Shown here: piece after piece, positions 38,283 to 51,210 of the stretch
How positions within the stretch are numbered: position 1 is the stretch's first letter
How the letters are laid out: each line of letters begins with the position of its first letter
Assembly: GCA_951406725.2 (NCBI GenBank)
Contig: OX597842.1
Location: 19,096,001 to 19,160,000, forward strand
DNA from: Octopus vulgaris
Taxonomy: Eukaryota
DNA length: 64,000 nucleotides
Direction of reading: 5' to 3'
Program-made: the position numbers and the translations under genes
The notes under the pieces: model-generated
What the model was told of the DNA's origin: nothing
Seen by the model: only the letters and a program-made list of their open reading frames with translations
Databases searched by the model: none

Positions 38283-39866
38283 GTAAGAAAGCTAATAAAC
38301 CCTTTTGAATCCTTTAAATTGGGCGCTCATTTGAATCCTATCTGCTGTTTCTTTCTCTTAACTCATAGAATTTAGTCATTGCTTTGTTTGTGTTTTTTGA
38401 ATCTTTTAAATGTTTATTCCAACCAAGCAGTTCCCTAGCACGACTCAGTTCCCAATAGTGACTGTCTTTCAGAAAAAAATAACCGCTCTGAATCCACCCA
38501 GGGTTACCTTTCTGTGGAGTTTACCATTAACCCTTTCATTACCAACCTAAGTGAAACCGCCTCTGGCTCTGTGGTACAAATGTCTTGTTTTCATAAGTTT
38601 TGAATTAAAATCTTCCACCAAACCTTAGTCACAATTTATGTTCCTAACACTAGCTTCATGATAACTAAGTTATTTTACTAAATTCTTTGTTATATTTAAA
38701 ATTAATTGAAAGAAACACAGAGTATCTCAACAGAATATGGTAACAAAAGGGTTAAAAATATATAATAGAGAAACAATTCTTAATCCTTTTGATACTAACC
38801 TGCCTGAAACCGCCTCTGGCTCTGTGGTACAAATGTCTTGTTTTCATAAGTTTTAAATTAAAATCTTTCACCAAACCTTAGTCACAATTTATGTTCCTAA
38901 CACTAGCTTCATGATAACTAAGTTATTTTACTAAATTCTTTGTTATATTTAAAATTAATTGAAAGAAACACAGAGTATCTCAACAGAATATGGTAACAAA
39001 AGGGTTAAAAATATATAATAGAGAAACAATTCTTAACCCTTTTGATACCAACCCGGCTGAAACCACTTCTGGCTCTGAGTACAAATGTCTTGTTTTCATA
39101 AGTTTTGAATTAAAATCTTCAACCAAACCTTAGTCACAATTTATGTTCCTAACACTAGCTGAATGATAACTAAGTTATTTTACTAAATTCTTTGTTATAT
39201 TTAAAATTAATTGAAAGAAACAGTGAGTATCACAACAGAAATAGGGTAACAAAAGGTTAAATCCTTTTTCTTTAACATTATTCTTTTTTTCAAAATAATT
39301 GTTTCAAACATCATTTACGTTAACATTGGTGGGTTTTTTAAAAATTTTTGTTTTTATAAATATTTTGTGTGATTTGTTTGGTTTTAGCCAATATGGCTAC
39401 AATTGTATTACAACTGAAAAATTGTGGGTTTGTATAAAGGACACACACACAGACATTTTGCCGTTTATATATATATATTTAATGGCTTTGCGTGGTGACT
39501 GGGGAAATGTAAAGATGTGCACGACCACCCTTTGACGGTTTTGAATGACCATAGAAAGTGCGAGCCCTCTAACTGAAAAATTGTGGGTTTGTATAAAGGA
39601 CACGCACACAGACATTTTGTTGTTTATATATATATATTTAATGGCTTTGCGGGGTGACTGGGGAAATGTAAAGATGTGCACGACCACCCTTGGACGGTTT
39701 TGAATGACCATAGAAAGTGTGAGCCCTCTAACTGAAAAATTGTGGATTTGTATAAAGGACACACAGACAGACATTTTGACATTAAATATATGTAGATTCC
39801 TGTTTATCAAACGTAAAATCTGAAATCAGAATTTTTTTATTTTTTATTCTTTCACAATTGATGTAG

Positions 39867-39920
39867 AAGTCACACCGACAACAGGAACAAAAGCAGATGA
39901 TACCGAAGGTTTCCAAAATG
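39867..39920 (+). CDS. Array micro-exon variant B (54 nt)
   Basis: ATGTAG|...|GTAAGA. Confidence 0.62.
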
Positions 39921-41154
39921 GTAAGAAAGTTAATAAACCCTTTCTGAATCCTTTAAATTAGACACTAACATAAATGTGTGTGTATGTAAGTCTCTCTCTG
40001 TCTTTCTCTCTTTATATATATATATTCATTTGAATCCTATCTGCTGTTTCTTTCTCTTAACTCATAGAATTTAGTCATTGCTTTGTTTGTGTTTTTTGAA
40101 TCTTTTAAATGTTTATTCCAACCAAGCAGTTCCCTAGCACGACTCAGTTCCCAATAGTGACTGTCTTTCAGAAAAAAATAACCGCTTTGAATCCACCCAG
40201 GGTTACCTTTCTGTGGAGTTTACCATTAACCCTTTCATTACCAACCCAAGTGAAACCGCCTCTGGCTCTGTTGTACAATAGTCTTGTTTTCATAAGTTTT
40301 AAATTAAAATCTTTCACCAAACCTTAGTCACAATTTATGTTCCTAACACTAGCTTCATGATAACTAAGTTATTTTACTAAATTCTTTGTTATATTTAAAA
40401 TTAATTGAAAGAAACACAGAGAATCTCAACAGAATATGGTAACAAAAGGGTTAAAAATATATAATAGAGAAACAATTCTTAACCCTTTTGATACCAACCC
40501 GGCTGAAACCACTTCTAGCTCTGAGTACAAATGTCTTGTTTTCATAAGTTTTGAATTAAAATCTTCAACCAAACCTTAGTCACAATTTATGTTCCTAACA
40601 CTAGCTTAATGATAACTAAGTTATTTTACTAAATTCTTTGTTATATTTAAAATTAATTGAAAGAAACACAGAGTATCACAATAGAAATAGGGTAACAAAA
40701 GGGTTAAATCCTTTTTCTTTAACATTATTCTTTTTTTTCAAAATAATTGTTTCAAACATCATTTACGTTAACATTGGTGGGTTTTTTTTTAATTTTTGTT
40801 TTTATAAATATTTTGTGTGATTTGTTTGGTTTTAGCCAATATGGCTACAATTGTATTACAACTGAAAAATTGTGGGTTTGTATAAAGGACACACACACAG
40901 ACATTTTGCCGTTTATATATATATATTTAATGGCTTTGCGGGGTGACTGAGGAAGTGTAAAGATGTGCACGACCACCCTTTGACGGTTTTGAATGACCAT
41001 AGAAAGTGTGAGCCCTCTAACTGAAAAATTGTGGATTTGTATAAAGGACACACAGACAGACATTTTGACATTAAATATATATAGATTCCTGTTTATCAAA
41101 CGTAAAATCTGAAATCAGAATTTTTTATTTTTTATTCTTTCACAATTGATGTAG

Positions 41155-41208
41155 AAGTCACACCGACAACAGGAACAAAAGCAGATGATACCGAAGGTTT
41201 CCAAAATG
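41155..41208 (+). CDS. Array micro-exon variant B (54 nt)
   Basis: ATGTAG|...|GTAAGA. Confidence 0.62.
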
Positions 41209-42952
41209 GTAAGAAAGCTAATAAACCCTTTTTGAATCCTTTAAATTGGGCGCTCATTTCAATCCTATCCGCTGTTTCTTTCTCTTAACTCATAGAATTT
41301 AGTCATTGCTTTGTTTGTGTTTTTTGAATCTTTTAAATGTTTATTCCAACCAAGCAGTTCCCTAGCACGACTCAGTTCCCAATAGTGACTGTCTTTCAGA
41401 AAAAAATAACCGCTTTGAATCCACCCAGGGTTACCTTTCTGTGGAGTTTACCATTAACCCTTTCGTTACCAACCCAAGTGAAACCGCCTCTGGCTCTGTT
41501 GTACAATAGTCTTGTTTTCATAAGTTTTGAATTAAAATCTTCCACCAAACCTTAGTCACAATTTATGTTCCTAACACTAGCTTAATGATAACTAAGTTAT
41601 TTTACTAAATTCTTTGTTATATTTAAAATTAATTGAAAGAAACACAGAGCATCTCAACAGAATATGGTAACAAAAGTGTTAAAAATATATAATAGAGAAA
41701 CAATTCTTAATCCTTTTGATACTAACCTGCCTGAAACCGCCTCTGGCTCTGTGGTACAAATGTCTTGTTTTCATAAGTTTTAAATTAAAATCTTTCACCA
41801 AACCTTAGTCACAATTTATGTTCCTAACACTAGCTTAATGATAACTAAGTTATTTTACTAAATTCTTTGTTATATTTAAAATTAATTGAAAGAAACACAG
41901 AGAATCTCAACAGAATATGGTAACAAAAGGGTTAAAAATATATAATAGAGAAACAATTCTTAACCCTTTTGATACCAACCCGGCTGAAACCACTTCTAGC
42001 TCTGAGTACAAATGTCTTGTTTTCATAAGTTTTGAATTAAAATCTTCAACCAAACCTTAGTCACAATTTATGTTCCTAACACTAGCTTAATGATAACTAA
42101 GTTATTTTACTAAATTCTTTGTTATATTTAAAATTAATTGAAAGAAACACAGAGTATCACAACAGAAATAGGGTAACAAAAGGGTTAAATCCTTTTTCTT
42201 TAACATTATTCTTTTTTTTCAAAATAATTGTTTCAAACATCATTTACGTTAACATTGGTGGGTTTTTTTTAAATTTTTGTTTTTATAAATATTTTGTGTG
42301 ATTTGTTTGGTTTTAGCCAATATGGCTACAATTGTATTACAACTGAAAAATTGTGGGTTTGTATAAAGGACACACACACAGACATTTTGCCGTTTATATA
42401 TATATATTTAATGGCTTCGCGTGGTGACTGGGGAAATGTAAAGATGTGCACGACCACCCTTGGACGGTTTTGAATGACCATAGAAAGTGCGAGCCCTCTA
42501 ACTGAAAAATTGTGGGTTTGTATAAAGGACACACACACAGACATTTTGTTGTTTATATATATATATTTAATGGCTTTGCGGGGTGACTGGGGAAATGTAA
42601 AGATGTGCACGACCACCCTTTGACGGTTTTGAATGACCATAGAAAGTGCGAGCCCTCTAACTGAAAAATTGTGGGTTTGTATAAAGGACACGCACACAGA
42701 CATTTTGTTGTTTATATATATATATTTAATGGCTTTGCGTGGTGAGTGGGGAAATGTAAAGATGTGCACGACCACCCTTTGACGGTTTTGAATGACCATA
42801 GAAAGTGCGAGCCCTCTAACTGAAAAATTGTGGATTTGTATAAAGGACACACAGACAGACATTTTGCCATTAAATATATATAGATTCCTGTTCATCAAAC
42901 GTAAAATCTGAAATCAGAATTTTTTTTTTTTATTCTTTCACAATTGATGTAG

Positions 42953-43006
42953 AAGTCAAACCGACAACAGGAACAAAAGCAGATGATACCAAAGGTTTCC
43001 AAAATG
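42953..43006 (+). CDS. Array micro-exon variant C (54 nt)
   Basis: ATGTAG|...|GTAAGA. Confidence 0.62.
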
Positions 43007-44552
43007 GTAAGAAAGCTAATAAACCCTTTTTGAATCCTTTAAATTGGGCGCTCATTTCAATCCTATCCGCTGTTTCTTTCTCTTAACTCATAGAATTTAG
43101 TCATTGCTTTGTTTGTGTTTTTTGAATCTTTTAAATGTTTATTCCAACCAAGCAGTTCCCTAGCACGACTCAGTTCCCAATAGTGACTGTCTTTCAGAAA
43201 AAAATAACCGCTTTGAATCCACCCAGGGTTACCTTTCTGTGGAGTTTACCATTAACCCTTTCATTACCAACCCAAGTGAAACCGCCTCTGGCTCTGTTGT
43301 ACAATCGTCTTGTTTTCATAAGTTTTGAATTAAAATCTTTCACCAAACCTTAGTCACAATTTATGTTCCTAACACTAGCTTCATGATAACTAAGTTATTT
43401 TACTAAATTCTTTGTTATATTTAAAATTAATTGAAAGAAACACAGAGTATCTCAACAGAATATGGTAACAAAAGGGTTAAAAATATATAATAGAGAAACA
43501 ATTCTTAATCCTTTTGATACCAACCCGGCTGAAACCACTTCTGGCTCTGAGTACAAATGTCTTGTTTTCATAAGTTTTGAATTAAAATCTTCAACCAAAC
43601 CTTAGTCACAATTTATGTTCCTAACACTAGCTTAATGATAACTAAGTTATTTTACTAAATTCTTTGTTATATTTAAAATTAATTGAAAGAAACACAGAGT
43701 ATCACAATAGAAATAGGGTAACAAAACGGTTAAATCCTTTTTCTTTAACATTATTTTTTTTTTCGAAATAATTGTTTCAAACATCATTTACGTTAACATT
43801 GGTGGGTTTTATTTTAATTTTTGTTTTTATAAATATTTTGTGTGATTTGTTTGGTTTTAGCCAATATGGCTACAATTGTATTACAACAGTGCTTCTATCA
43901 TCATCATCATCATCATTTTGACAGTGTCGAAACATTTAAGAATCAATTGGTTCTGACAACCAGGATTTTCAAAGTGTATATGTGTGTGTGTATATATATA
44001 TATATATATACTCTTTACTTGTTTCAGTCATTTGACTGCGGCCATGCTGGAGCACCGCCTTTAATCAAGCAAATCGACCTCGGGACTTATTCTTTGTAAG
44101 CCCAGTACTTATTCTATCGGTCTCTTTTGCCGAACCGCTAAGTGACAGGGATGTAAACACACCAGCATCGGTTGTCAAGCAATGCTAGGGGGACAAACAC
44201 AGACACACATACACATACATATACATATATATATACATATATACTTCTACTATAGCCTTGGGCCAACCAAAGCTTTGTGAGTGGATTTGGTAGATGGAAA
44301 CTGAAAGAAGCCCTTCGTATATATGTTTATATATATATATGTGCGTGTGTGTCTGTTTGTCCCCCCAACATCGCTTGACACCCAATGCTGGTGTTGTTGC
44401 ATCCTCGTCACTTAGCAGTTCGGCAAAAGAGACCGATACAATAAGTACTAGGCTTACGAAGAATAAGTCCCGTGCTCGATTTGCTCAACTAAAGGTGGTG
44501 CTCCAGCATGGCCACAGTCAAATGACTGAAACAAGTAAAACAGTAATGTAAG

Positions 44553-44598
<46 letters not shown>

Positions 44599-45774
44599 CT
44601 TTTCGCGGGAAGGAAAGTTTCTATCGAAGATGCGCATCGCCTTCACCTTCGAAACGCAGAGTAGATGAAACCATGGCGACTGAAGAAGGGGAATTTTCCT
44701 TGAGTTATTTGTCCTGTACTCTATTTTTTCGTTGTTTAAGAAAAATGTCCAGTTCCTTGGTTTTGTGTTTATGTTTTCATTTCTCATTGTGTTCGACGTT
44801 TTCTTGGTGTCCTGTACCCATATATGCATGTATATATACAAGTATACGTACGTATATGTATGTATATATGCATATGTTTTATTTATTAAATTATTTATTA
44901 ATTTATTATATAACGGAACACACACATCCATTTCTAAGTAAGATTGTTCTATATATATATATACATGTATAAAATTTGTGTTTGTAGGTATGCAAAATGG
45001 TGTCTTCTTTCTATCAATCCCTCTATACTAAATACACTCACTTTGGTTGTCCCTGGGCTATAATTACTTTTTAATTATTGTAACAAAAATAGTAAATACT
45101 AGCACTATGACCTGGTAACGCTGGGTCATAGTGCTAGTGCATGCATATACAGCTGCGTGTGCGCGCACATGCATGCGAGTACTGTCCAAATCTCCGATCA
45201 ATCACATACGGCTAGCTGGCATTCAATTGGCGTATCAAGTTTCAGGCATTTTGATTGGGTTTTGGATAGAAAATTCACAAAAAAGTCATTTCTATTGAAT
45301 TTTAAATGGCTTTGCGGAGAGACTGGGGAAATGTAATGATGTGCACGACCACCCTTGAACGGTTTTGAATGACCATAGAAAGTGCAAGCCCTCTAACTGA
45401 AAAATTGTGGATTTGTATAAAGGATACGCACACAGACATTTTGCCATTTATATATATATTTAATGGCTTTGCGGGGTGACTGAGGAAATGTAAAGATGCG
45501 CACGACTACCCTTAGACGGTTTTGAATGACCATAGAAAGAGTGAGCCCTCTAACTGAAAAATTGTGGGTTTGTATAAAGGACACACACACAGACATTTTG
45601 CCATTTATATATATATATTTAATGGCTTTGCGTGGTGACTGAGGAAATGTAAAGATGCGCACGACTACCCTTAGACGGTTTTGAATGACCATAGAAAGTG
45701 TGAGCCCTCTAACTGAAAAATTGTGGGTTTGTATAAAGGACACACACACAGACATTTTGCCGTTTATATATATA

Positions 45775-46163
45775 CTAGCAGTATCGCCCGGCGTTGCTCG
45801 GGTTTGTAAGGGAAATAATTATATAAGCATTTTTAGAGATGTAAAGTATAATAGCCATCTCAATATGGCTAACCACAAAGTGGGGGGGTGTTACTGTAGC
45901 TTTTTACGTTCTGAGATTTAATAATTAATTTTAGAGAGTTACTTCCCTTATATATGTCAAAAATGGATTAAAAATGGGAAAAATTGATGGTAAATTTTTT
46001 TTAAATCGTAGACTCATCGTAGACGCGCGCTAATACCCAGACGGTCTCTATGAATCACGACTATAAGATACCCGGTTTTGGTTAAACTGCACCACAAAAT
46101 GTGGGAGTAGTTAGGAATCTAAATCGTAGGAGAGACACACAACCTCACTTTTATATATAAAGA
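45775..46163 (-). mobile_element. Non-autonomous Helitron, second family
   Basis: The minus strand reads A|TCTTTATATATAAAAGTGAGG ... CCCGAGCAACGCCGGG (hairpin) CGATACTG-CTAG|T, the classic TC...CTAG termini at an A/T site. Confidence 0.85.
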
Positions 46164-46939
46164 TTTCCTCTATTTACATAATATTGAGGTCTCTTTCTTT
46201 CTTTTGTTATCTTACTGTTTTTACCAATATACATATATATATATATATATAGTTACAGAGATGTACTTGCATAGCAAGTGACTTGATCTGAGATCGTGTG
46301 CTGGAACGAAAACAGTTGCAGCGTTGAAGGTGTTTATAAGCCATTTAAGAAACACTCAAAACCGTTAGATTCACTTCAACATTTAAATTTAATTTGTCAA
46401 AATATTTTCGTCGCTTTGAGACCGCGACCTGTTAGTACGATATTTTTGTCAGTGAACAGGTCGCGGTCTCAAAGCGACGAAAATATTTTGGCAAATTAAA
46501 TTTAAATGTTGAAGTGAATGTAACGGTTTTTGTGTGTTTCTTAAATGGCTTAGAAACACCTTCCAGGCTGCAATATATATATACACACATATATATATAT
46601 GTATGTATGTATGTATGTGTGTATATGTGTATGCATGTATGTGTGTGTGTGTGCGTGTCTGTGCTTGTGATTGTCCTCCACCACTGCTTGACAACGAATG
46701 TTGGTTTGTTTACATCCCTGTCACCTAGTGGTTTGACAAAGGAAACAGATAGAATAAGTACAATGCTTACAAAAATAAAACTGGAGTTGATTCATTAAAC
46801 TACAATTCTTCAAGGCATTGCCCCAGCATGGCCACAGACCAATGGCTGGAAAAAGCAGAAGAATAAAAGAATACATTCTCTGCTTTGGTCTTATGTTCAA
46901 GGCATGAGAAAGCTTGAGTTTACATGAGAAGGCCTAACA

Positions 46940-47302
46940 GACCTGGTAGAAACAGCAGCCAAATCTCCCTCAAATCACACCTTATGTATATATATATGAG
47001 CCAATGAGGGGGACCTCTACATGGTAGCTAGACCTGGTAGAAATAGCAGCCAAATTTCCCCCAAATCACACCTTACTGTCTTATCTATGTATATATGTAT
47101 GTATGAGCCTATGAGGGAGACCCCTACATGGCAGCTAGACCTGGTAGAAATAGCAGCCAAATTTCCCCCAAATCACACCTTACTGTCTTATCTATGTATA
47201 TATGTATGTATGAGCCTATGAGGGAGACCCCTACATGGCAGCTAGACATGGTAGAAATAGCAGCCAAATCTCCCTCAAATCACACCTTACTGTCTTATCT
47301 TT
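46940..47302. repeat. 107-bp tandem repeat, about 3.5 copies
   Basis: GACCTGGTAGAAATAGCAGCCAAAT...ATCACACCTTACTGTCTTATCT recurs at 107-bp spacing. Confidence 0.8.
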
Positions 47303-48306
47303 CTGCTACTTGGATATAGGTGTTATATTCGTCGTAAAAAACTTTCCTGTCACACACTCACGCACACGCACACACACACACACACACGCACCCTCACACA
47401 CACACACACACACGCACACACACCCACTCACACACAGGCACGTTAGCTTACAATTTTATTTATATATTTGCGTGTCTATGTGTTGAAAGAGGAAGTGGTA
47501 GGCAGAGTGAAAGAATCACTCACTACAGTAAGTCAATTACTTTCATTTTATTCGTTGCCCACTGTGTGTGTGCATTTGCGTGTGCTGTAAACCAGACTAA
47601 GAAAAGCATTTGACACACACACCAGAATGTGAGTTTTCTGTAAATTTTGCTCAATTGGAGTTACAATTTTAAAAACTGGACCTGGCATGACGCGATGCAT
47701 TGTACTCTCAAAAATGCAAGGTAGATTGTAATTGAAGAAATCCTATATTGTAGATTTGTATAACTCCCAAAGGGAGGCAGATAAAATCTGCCTTTTATAA
47801 TAAGAGATATTTAATGGCTTTGCGTGGTGACTGGGGAAATGTAAAGATGTGCACGACCAGACATTTGAAGAAGTCCGGCTGTCCTGCTCCTGTCAGAGCA
47901 TAAACAGCCACCAGTCTGAGGACACCCCTGTCCCTACTGTTCATGTCCAGTATCACCAACTTAACTTGAGGGTCTACGAAGATAGGCCCCTCTGGAAAAA
48001 CACTGCAGTTTCACCTCGCATTCCTGGTTGACATGGAAATAAATAGATCTTGGATCTACCGAAAATGGCCACGACATCAACACTTTGTGACCTGAGGTCA
48101 TTGAGTAGATGGCCCTGTTTCCAAGACAACCCAGGCCTCAAGCATTTAGGTGTTACCTTTGTTCCAATTAATTTGGAAAATAAAGAATTTAATAAAATAA
48201 CTTCTTCGTTATTAAGCTGGTATTTGGAACATAAATTAACATAAAATTTTGATGGAAGGTTTTAATTTAGATCACTTTAACCCTTTTGTTACCTTATTTA
48301 TTGCAG

Positions 48307-48402
48307 ATAAAGAAACAACCAGAGATTCTGAATCTAAAAAAGTAAGAGCCATCATTGCCATCATTATCGTGCTTGTCTGCCTCTTCATATTTGTCGCTGC
48401 AC
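48307..48402 (+). CDS. Transmembrane exon (96 nt): DKETTRDSESKKVRAIIAIIIVLVCLFIFVAA
   Basis: TTATTTATTGCAG|...|GTAAGA, phase 1-1, with an 18-residue hydrophobic stretch. Read-through of the donor would give ...AARKK-stop. Confidence 0.75.
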
Positions 48403-48591
48403 GTAAGAAATGACAGAAACCTTCCAATGTGAACAAAAATTCATTCAAATTTTCTATAAAAAAAGTTTTGGATAAACAAACACCAGTTGTTAAATGGTGG
48501 TGCGAAGTTATTCAGCTTCAAAAAAAAAAAAATCTTCATTTCAAGAATATAAAAAAACAGACTGAGTTGGAATTCCTTTGAGTAATATATA

Positions 48592-49091
48592 CCGTAAATC
48601 CTTGAGTATAATCCACATTTTCCCCCCTGAAATTTAAAGGTCAAAATCCCTAATGCGTACAATATACAAGGTTAAAAATGAAAAATATTTTCTAAGCAAT
48701 GTCTCTATTTGCTGTCCGGCAATGTTTATTCAGATGCATTTTCTGATGCCGGGCACGAAAATACGTTAAGCTAAGCCTGAAAGCAATGAAGTCATAAAAG
48801 AATCATCCATAACTTGCAGTAAGCAACATTTATTAAAATAAAAGTATTCAGAACACAGAATAACATGTAACAAAAACAATTTGCAAACATATTTACATTC
48901 CCATATAACAGTTAAGAACATCACCATTATTGTATTACGCATGCATGGAAGTGTTTGTCCGACTAGGTGCTACTGGCTTAACTACGCACGACTAAAATTA
49001 GAGATTGGGTGCATATTATACACAAGGTTTAGGTTTTTCAGAGGTACAGCCCACTTAAAATCCCCTGCGTATTATACTCAAGGATTTACGG
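48592..49091. mobile_element. Non-autonomous pogo/Tc2-type DNA transposon
   Basis: TA|CCGTAAATCCTTGAGTATAAT ... ATTATACTCAAGGATTTACGG|TA, a 21-bp TIR with TA TSD. Confidence 0.8.
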
Positions 49092-49847
49092 TATGTAAAT
49101 AAATTTTTGATTTGTACAATAAAGACAATAAAACTGCATTAATACATTTTGTTATATTTTATTTATATTTAGAATGTGCATTATCCAAATCAGATTCACA
49201 AAAAAAAAAAAAAAAAGAAAAAACTGTAGGCTCAAAGTGCCATGCAGTGGGACTGAACCCGGAACCATGTGGTTGGTAAGCAAGCTACTTACCACACAGC
49301 TACTCTTGCACCACCCAACACATTTTGTTTATATTTAAAGTGTGTTTATCATCCAAATAAGATTCTCATTAAAAAATATATTTTTATTTCAAAAAACTGC
49401 ATTTATACATTTTGTGTTACTCAGTCATTTGACTGCGTCCATGCTGGAGCACCACCTTTAATTGAGCAAATTGACCCCAGGACTTATTCTTTGTATGCCC
49501 AGTACTTATTCTATCGGTCTCTTTTGTTTCCGTCTACCAAATCCACTCACAAGGCATTGGTCGGCTATAGCAGAAGACACTTGCCCAAGGTGCCACGCAG
49601 TGGGACTGAACCCGGAACCATGTGGCTGGTTAGCAAGCTACTTACCACACAGCCACTCCTGCGCCTATATATATATATTTTTTATTTATACTTAAGATGT
49701 GCATTATCCAAATCAGATTCACAAAAAAAAAAAAAAAAAAGACATTTCAAAAACTACAGGCTCAAATCTCTGATGTTCAAAGGTTTTTGTGTACGTTTGA
49801 GGCATCATATAAGCATTTGGGACTTCTCTTGTTTTTTGCTTGTTCAG

Positions 49848-49921
49848 TGTACAAATGGAAGGGGCTGTCTCCGCGGCCCCTTCTGCAACGGCGCTTGCGG
49901 TGGTTTGGCCATTGCATGTAG
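49848..49921 (+). CDS. Predicted terminal coding exon (LYKWKGLSPRPLLQRRLRWFGHCM-stop), mostly LINE-derived
   Basis: Strong acceptor CTCTTGTTTTTTGCTTGTTCAG. Phase 1 matches the TM-exon donor. Confidence 0.55.
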
Positions 49922-50204
49922 GCGTCCGGTGGGTGAACTGAGCCAGGATGTCCTCCTCCCAACTGGTAGAAACGCACGGGTGGGCAGCTGAAGACCTGGG
50001 CTACGACGATCAAGGAGGACCTCTGCGTGACCACGGGACCGCAGGTGGTCGGCCTGCGCCGATGGAACCGTGACTGGTTTGCTATCTCCAGTGAACTGGC
50101 GCAGGACCGTCGCACGTGGGCTGCCATGGTTGGAGATGCCTCGAGGGTGGTAGAAGAAGCAGACTCAACCCGCCCCGGGGTGAATGTTGCCACAAGTACA
50201 AGTA
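49854..50204 (+). mobile_element. 5'-truncated RTE LINE with 8-bp TSD AGTGTACA
   Basis: RRLRWFGH motif and AQDRRTWAAMV C-terminus, with a (CAAGTA)n tail. TSD copies at 49846-49853 and 50205-50212. Confidence 0.8.
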
Positions 50205-50340
50205 AGTGTACATGTGTGACAGAACAGTAGAATACTGAGAGAAAAATGTGGGCATAAGAGGAATTAGATGCAACGTGCAATAGAGAAGACTAACATAAAA
50301 TTAGACTGCCAAAATAACACTAAAAAGGGATTAAGAAAAA

Positions 50341-50505
50341 ATATTCTGTTGTGTCTGGGGAGAGTCATTTACTTTTTGTGCCGTCTTATGTAACACACTC
50401 ACCGGTAAAATTTCCACATTTCTTATTTTCCTAAAATTTTCGTTGCGTCTTGCAACCTTATTAGGCACAGAAAGAAAATGATCCTCCCCAGACACAACAG
50501 AATAT
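50341..50505. mobile_element. Short MITE with TIRs of about 30 bp
   Basis: ATATTCTGTTGTGTCTGGGGAGAGTCATTT ... AAATGATCCTCCCCAGACACAACAGAATAT. Partial copy at 50721. Confidence 0.65.
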
Positions 50506-51210
50506 ACTTCAACACACAAACTCACATAAAGAATCTTGCAAATCAAATCCAAAAATGAAATATAGAAAAAAAAAATGCTTCAACACACAAACTCACATAA
50601 AGAATCTTGCAAACCAAATCCAAAAATGAAATATTGAAAACAAAAAATGCTTCAACACACAAACTCACATAAAGAATCTTGCAAACCAAATCCAAAAATG
50701 AAATATAGAAAAAAAAAAATTATTCTGTTGTGTCTGGGGAGAGTCATTTTCTTTTTGTGCCTTATAATTTAACACACACACTGGTAAAATTTCCACTGAT
50801 TTCTTAGAGAGCTTCCCAACAACAACAACAACAAAACTTTCGCTACCATACTGCCACACACCAACACCATTACAGCAATAAACATGAAAAACGAACAACT
50901 TGTATCATGCATAAAAGAAAACACAGACACTAAATACTCAGACTTTATTATAAAAACGCACAATACACCACCAGACTTTACCATACCAACACACAACACA
51001 CCACCAGCACACATTCTTACAATAAAGATAAACAAAACTATATATAATGAAATCAAGGAGAAATTCCCTAACGATGTCGGGTCGCTAGGGAGAAATTTCT
51101 CCCAAAAACTATACAAAAACCTGGTGGAAACACCCATGCAAAAGCACAAGGAAGCCATCCCACCAACAACAGTAAGTAGAGGCTTTTTTTTCCTTCTGAA
51201 CCTTTAAAAC

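Larger units (their letters stand above)
27765..45775. repeat. Higher-order tandem array of about 18 kb (Helitron subrepeats + micro-exon + spacer + piggyBac MITEs, with or without a SINE dimer)
   Basis: Eight exon-bearing units of 1.2-3.2 kb made of near-identical modules in variable copy number. Confidence 0.9.

Noticed and set aside
28450-45921. Repeated ORFs MSVCVSFIQ..., MFIPTKQFP... and MATEEGEF...
   Set aside because: They lie in non-coding Helitron, MITE or spacer modules, with stops or frameshifts varying between copies.
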